The notes under the pieces: generated by a model | Told to the model about the DNA's origin: nothing | Database searches by the model: none | The model's input: the letters and a program-made list of their open reading frames with translations, nothing else | Source of the DNA: Orbicella franksi | Lineage: Eukaryota | Reading direction: 5' to 3' | Length of the DNA: 64,000 nt | Assembly (NCBI GenBank): GCA_964199315.1 | Contig: OZ116703.1 | Location: 3,844,001-3,908,000, forward strand | Position numbers and translations under genes: made by a program | Part shown: in pieces, positions 61,091 through 64,000 of the stretch | How the letters are laid out: the number at the start of each line of letters is the position of its first letter | How positions within the stretch are numbered: position 1 is the stretch's first letter

Positions 61091-63612
61091 ATAAATTGGC
61101 ATCATCCCTTTTTTTGATTTCCTTTGTAGGACATTACTGTATCTCCTAAGATATTTGATGAAATCAAGGAGATTGAGAAGGAAAAAGGTGTCACCATAGT
61201 AACAGGTGGAATTGGTGGCTATAAGAGACCAAAGGTGAGTGTTTTTCCTCAATAAACGTCTACCAAGTAAAGAAAATCACTTGCAAGAACAAATAGATGG
61301 ACCATTTTTTTAAAGGGGGGTGTGGGGGGAGCTGGGCAATTTTCTGGGAACTTTTTCGCACCTTTAAGTTTTGCATAGTTGTTTTTCGGTGGGTAATAGC
61401 TTGTGCAAGAATTCTTTTAACATCAAAAAACGAACTTGGATAGGAGGCAGCACTTGCTCGATTTTGTTTTCTCCATGGCTTCCCTTGCTTGCTTGCTTGC
61501 TTGCAGGAATTTTTTTGGTAATTGCTGAACTCCCCGTGAAAAAAACCAAGTGGTTGCTTAACTAGTGATGTCACTACCGAATGAACGTTCAAAACATGTG
61601 TTAACTGCGGGAAACTATGACCAAGAGCACGGGGAGCCTGGATCCCAGTGTAGCCTCGTTCTTAATCTGTGTCAAAATATGTAAACAACATCAAAACAAT
61701 GGTCTAACCTCGATTTTTGAACATTTTGACTTGCGCTTTAGAGCTCTAAGCTCAGAGATTTGCAGATAGGCTCAGGAGCTAGTAAATGAAACAATATCAC
61801 GTAAATACGATGTATGAATATCATCTGCGTAGTAAAAGACGTAAATGAGCTTTGCGTGTTTAAGAAACCAATTGAAAGATAGAAAGTATTTTTTTCGTCG
61901 CCACTCGCGTCACTAACTACTTGCGCAAATGGCGTGTGCATTCTAAGTACCCTTCTGATATAAAACTTGTAACAAACCTATATTGAAATAATTTGATATC
62001 AGCTGGAAACGTTCAATATAACTTAAGAGTTTTTTGAAGGCTTACGTCTTTTGCGTCAGCCCTTCATTTTCAGCTCTGTCAGCTTCACGGTCCGAGCTGA
62101 GGGCAAACTTGAAAGTGTTCGTTAAAACCAAAGCAATGGTAGCTGATTATTTTCTTCTAAAACCCAGTATGAGTTCTTTTTCAAACCGACATTCTAATAT
62201 CTGGATATTAAACCGTATTAAAACCGTAACAAATGTAAAGCAACTGGTGCTTTCCATTGTGCGTCATTATAAAGCTTCCTCCCACAAAGAAGTGCTTCCT
62301 ACAAGTTTTAGCGCCAATACAAGGATTTGCTTTGGAGATAAGGCTTAAGAAATTTCGACAACTCTTTATTTTCAGCCATACGTCTATTTTTAATCTCTCA
62401 AATACGAAAGTAACTTTGAAATGGTAGGAAAAAACGTCGCTCGAAAGATAAAAGTGATGATGTTACTGGAAACGTTGTCTTTCCCTCAGCTGTGTGTTAC
62501 GTAACATGCCGGTCGTTTTAAACATGGCGTTGGCATAATGTGAACTGCAATTTACTAAATATTACTTCTCTAATAGCACGGAAATGGCAGGTGCTATATA
62601 TTTAAGGCTTGAGCAGATGCTATTTTTCCAAAGTATAAACGTAAAGTGAATATCCGTCAATTTTCTGTATTGTTAACTGATAAAACTTGTCGGCAGTTAT
62701 ACGTTTTGCCGTTATATTTCCCCGTGGTGCCGGAGTGACACTCAGTTAATATATTTTACTATTTTTCATAGGATTTCTGCCTTGAAAGTCTAAATTTCTC
62801 CGCCTTCAACTTTTTCTTATTAAATGAGAGTGGTTCTAGTGAACAACATCACATATGGTAACTTTCAGACAATGAAATTTAATGTGTCGTTGATTTATAA
62901 TCGTTGTGTCGAGATTTCTTGCACGACGAACAACTGGGAATGTACTTCCAGGATAAAAAGACTGTTAAGTTTCAGTACGCTAAGTAAAATATTGAGAGTA
63001 ATATATGGGTATAGTTTTAAATCGTCAAATTTAAGGGTTGGCAAGAGCCCCCAAAACCAACATCTTGAATTTCGCGATTAAAAATGCTCTCAGATCACCC
63101 CCTCAATTTTGCTCCGAAAGTGTTAAAATGTTGCGGTGACAATAATTTTAACATGTCCTTTACATTCTGTAAAAGGATTCTGCTTGAGTGCTCGCACTTT
63201 TAGGATGCCCCTGACGTCATCATACACGTGCTCAATTCATGATTTTTACGTTTTTTCTCGTTTCAGGAAATGCCTCCAGGCATGCGAATACTGCTCACTT
63301 TCATCCAGGATAACCGGCTTCGCCTGGTTGACTGGTTCAACCAGTTTGACAAGGATCACAGTGGCGGGATATCCCGCGAGGAATTCAAAACGGGTCTTAA
63401 AGAAACCGGGCTTGTAATGACACAGGTACATGTATATTACTACATTTGCTATTTCCTTTGGATTTTGTTGTTGTTTTTGTTGTTGTCGTGGATGTCGTTG
63501 ATGGTGCTGTTTCTTCATTCATGACCGTTTCTTTTCCTTTTTCAATTCAGCGTCAACTTGATCGTTTAATGGACTTCATAGACATCAATGACGATGGCGA
63601 AATAGAATTCAG
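49239..63612 (+). CDS. LRRC74: LRRC74-like leucine-rich repeat protein with C-terminal EF-hand pair; 16 exons in window, 3' end beyond the window
   Basis: Exons: 49239-49316, 50385-50617, 51516-51697, 52425-52670, 53097-53159, 53726-53835, 54204-54311, 56178-56271, 56877-57007, 57825-57911, 58339-58454, 59219-59297, 59857-59946, 61130-61234, 63267-63425, 63551-63612. GT-AG and in phase. YETDLEE..., YHKLCKEEDLVPVSF, MRHHGLG, RNI-like LRRs (LDLTDNYI, LDLSHNDIGEMGG, LDVSWNCI, LNISWNGL, LDISNNRI), EF loops DKDHSGGISREE and DINDDGEIEF. The first exon and the family symbol are less certain than the LRR core. Confidence 0.85.
49949..49966. repeat. (CA)n microsatellite
   Basis: cacacacacacacacaca read directly from the sequence. 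Confidence 0.85.
50765..51170. mobile_element. PIF/Harbinger-type MITE, TAA TSD
   Basis: TIR GGCCCAGTTCAGACGTCGTGCTT / AAGCACGACGTCTGAACTGGGCC. TAA at 50762-50764 and 51171-51173. Confidence 0.9.
54720..55017. repeat. Dispersed repeat with internal hairpin
   Basis: GACCACATTTCCAAACA (54751-54767) / TGTTTGGAAATGTGGTC (54831-54847) inverted pair. Boundaries approximate. Confidence 0.5.
56300..56686. mobile_element. Tc1/mariner-type MITE (TA TSD) carrying a nested CWG-type MITE
   Basis: TIR CAGTTGAACCCTATTAAATGGC / GCCGTTTAATAGGGTTGAACTG. TA at 56298-56299 and 56687-56688. Confidence 0.85.
56396..56623. mobile_element. CWG-TSD MITE, copy 2 (nested)
   Basis: GGGCCTGTTTCTCGAAAG ... CCTTCGAGAAACGAGCCC. 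CAG at 56393-56395 and 56624-56626. Confidence 0.85.
57079..57490. mobile_element. ~410-bp MITE with iterated TTCGGACA motifs, copy 1
   Basis: Termini AAAAGATTTCCGACGTTTAATTTTCG / TGTCCGAAATTAAAATCGTTCGAAATTTTTTGCAAG. Homologous to 58646-59066. Confidence 0.7.
58646..59066. mobile_element. ~420-bp TA-flanked MITE with iterated TTCGGACA motifs, copy 2
   Basis: CTTGCGAAAAATTTCCGACGTTTAATTTTCGGACA / TGTCCGAAATTAAAATCGTCCGAAATTTTTAGCAGG. TA on both flanks. Confidence 0.75.
60345..60568. mobile_element. CWG-TSD MITE, copy 3 (opposite orientation)
   Basis: GGGCCCGTTTCTCGAAGGTCCC ... CTTTCGAGAAATAGGCCCC, flanked by CAG. The internal sequence is the reverse complement of 5180-5405. Confidence 0.8.
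60999..61090 (+). mobile_element. 3' end of an L2/CR1-type non-LTR retroelement with (TAT)n tail
   Basis: Stem-loop AGCGCCT...AGGCGCT followed by ATATAAAT and a (TAT)n tail at ~61043-61090. This layout is typical of L2-clade LINE/SINE 3' ends. Confidence 0.55.
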
Positions 63613-64000
63613 GTAAAGGTTTTAGTTTTTTAAAAGATGCAACCAAAAACTTAAGTCAAGGCTTTGCGACATGCTAGCGACTTGTTGAATTCTCATCGCC
63701 AAACTTGAAACCCCGCTTCAAAATTCAAATTTGTTCTGCAAGTTAAGGTGTCCTTTTTCAATTTGAAAGTGTGGTTTTCAATTTGGCAAGGTGAAAGTTC
63801 TCTACACCTGCTATGATAGGCGGCTTTAATGGAGTTTGTTTTTCTCTCCCTCTCTGGCACAGAAGTGGTATTGTCTCAGTTTATGCCAGAAAAATGACAA
63901 CAAAACTTGTCAACGCTCAATCGGAACTTGGCCGAGAAAATTTGAATTGAATTTACAAGTTGCTCCGGCAAACTGCCAGTCATAACTGAAACATTGTGTC

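Noticed and set aside
3848-63612. Operon-like functional cluster of all six genes
   Set aside because: Mixed orientations, unrelated pathways and separate promoters. Ordinary eukaryotic gene neighbourhood apart from the two head-to-head pairs.
63863-63951. Final LRRC74 exon inside the window
   Set aside because: Splicing here would give R-S-G-I after DINDDGEIEF instead of the Glu expected at EF-loop position 12, so the true last exon is probably beyond the window.

Overview
Eukaryotic, intron-rich, AT-rich animal genomic DNA. The repeat families look like those of a stony coral or related cnidarian, which is an inference, not a database result. I reconstructed six protein-coding genes by hand from splice sites and reading phase: (1) GALK2 N-acetylgalactosamine kinase (minus, 15 exons, 471 aa), head-to-head across only 256 bp with (2) a 24-exon, ~990-aa myotubularin lipid phosphatase with an unusual C2 + PH-GRAM + active PTP (HCSDGWDR) + FYVE architecture, whose HHCR FYVE core sits on an 11-nt microexon; (3) a single-exon class A GPCR; (4) an adiponectin receptor (minus, 5 coding exons, 526 aa) with an acidic N-terminus and tandem 11/18-residue amphipathic repeats; (5) a catalytic-domain-only phytochelatin synthase with an uninterrupted CDS (minus), head-to-head with (6) an LRRC74-like LRR + EF-hand gene that runs off the window end. 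Introns and intergenic DNA hold many non-autonomous elements: tRNA-derived SINEs, MITEs with TWA, CWG, AAT, TA and TTAA target duplications, a piggyBac-like element, a 1.38-kb element with an 8-bp TSD, and a loop-less palindrome with two tRNA B-boxes. Most short ORFs in the supplied track are spurious or are single exons read in or out of frame. No rRNA, intact tRNA or CRISPR array was found.
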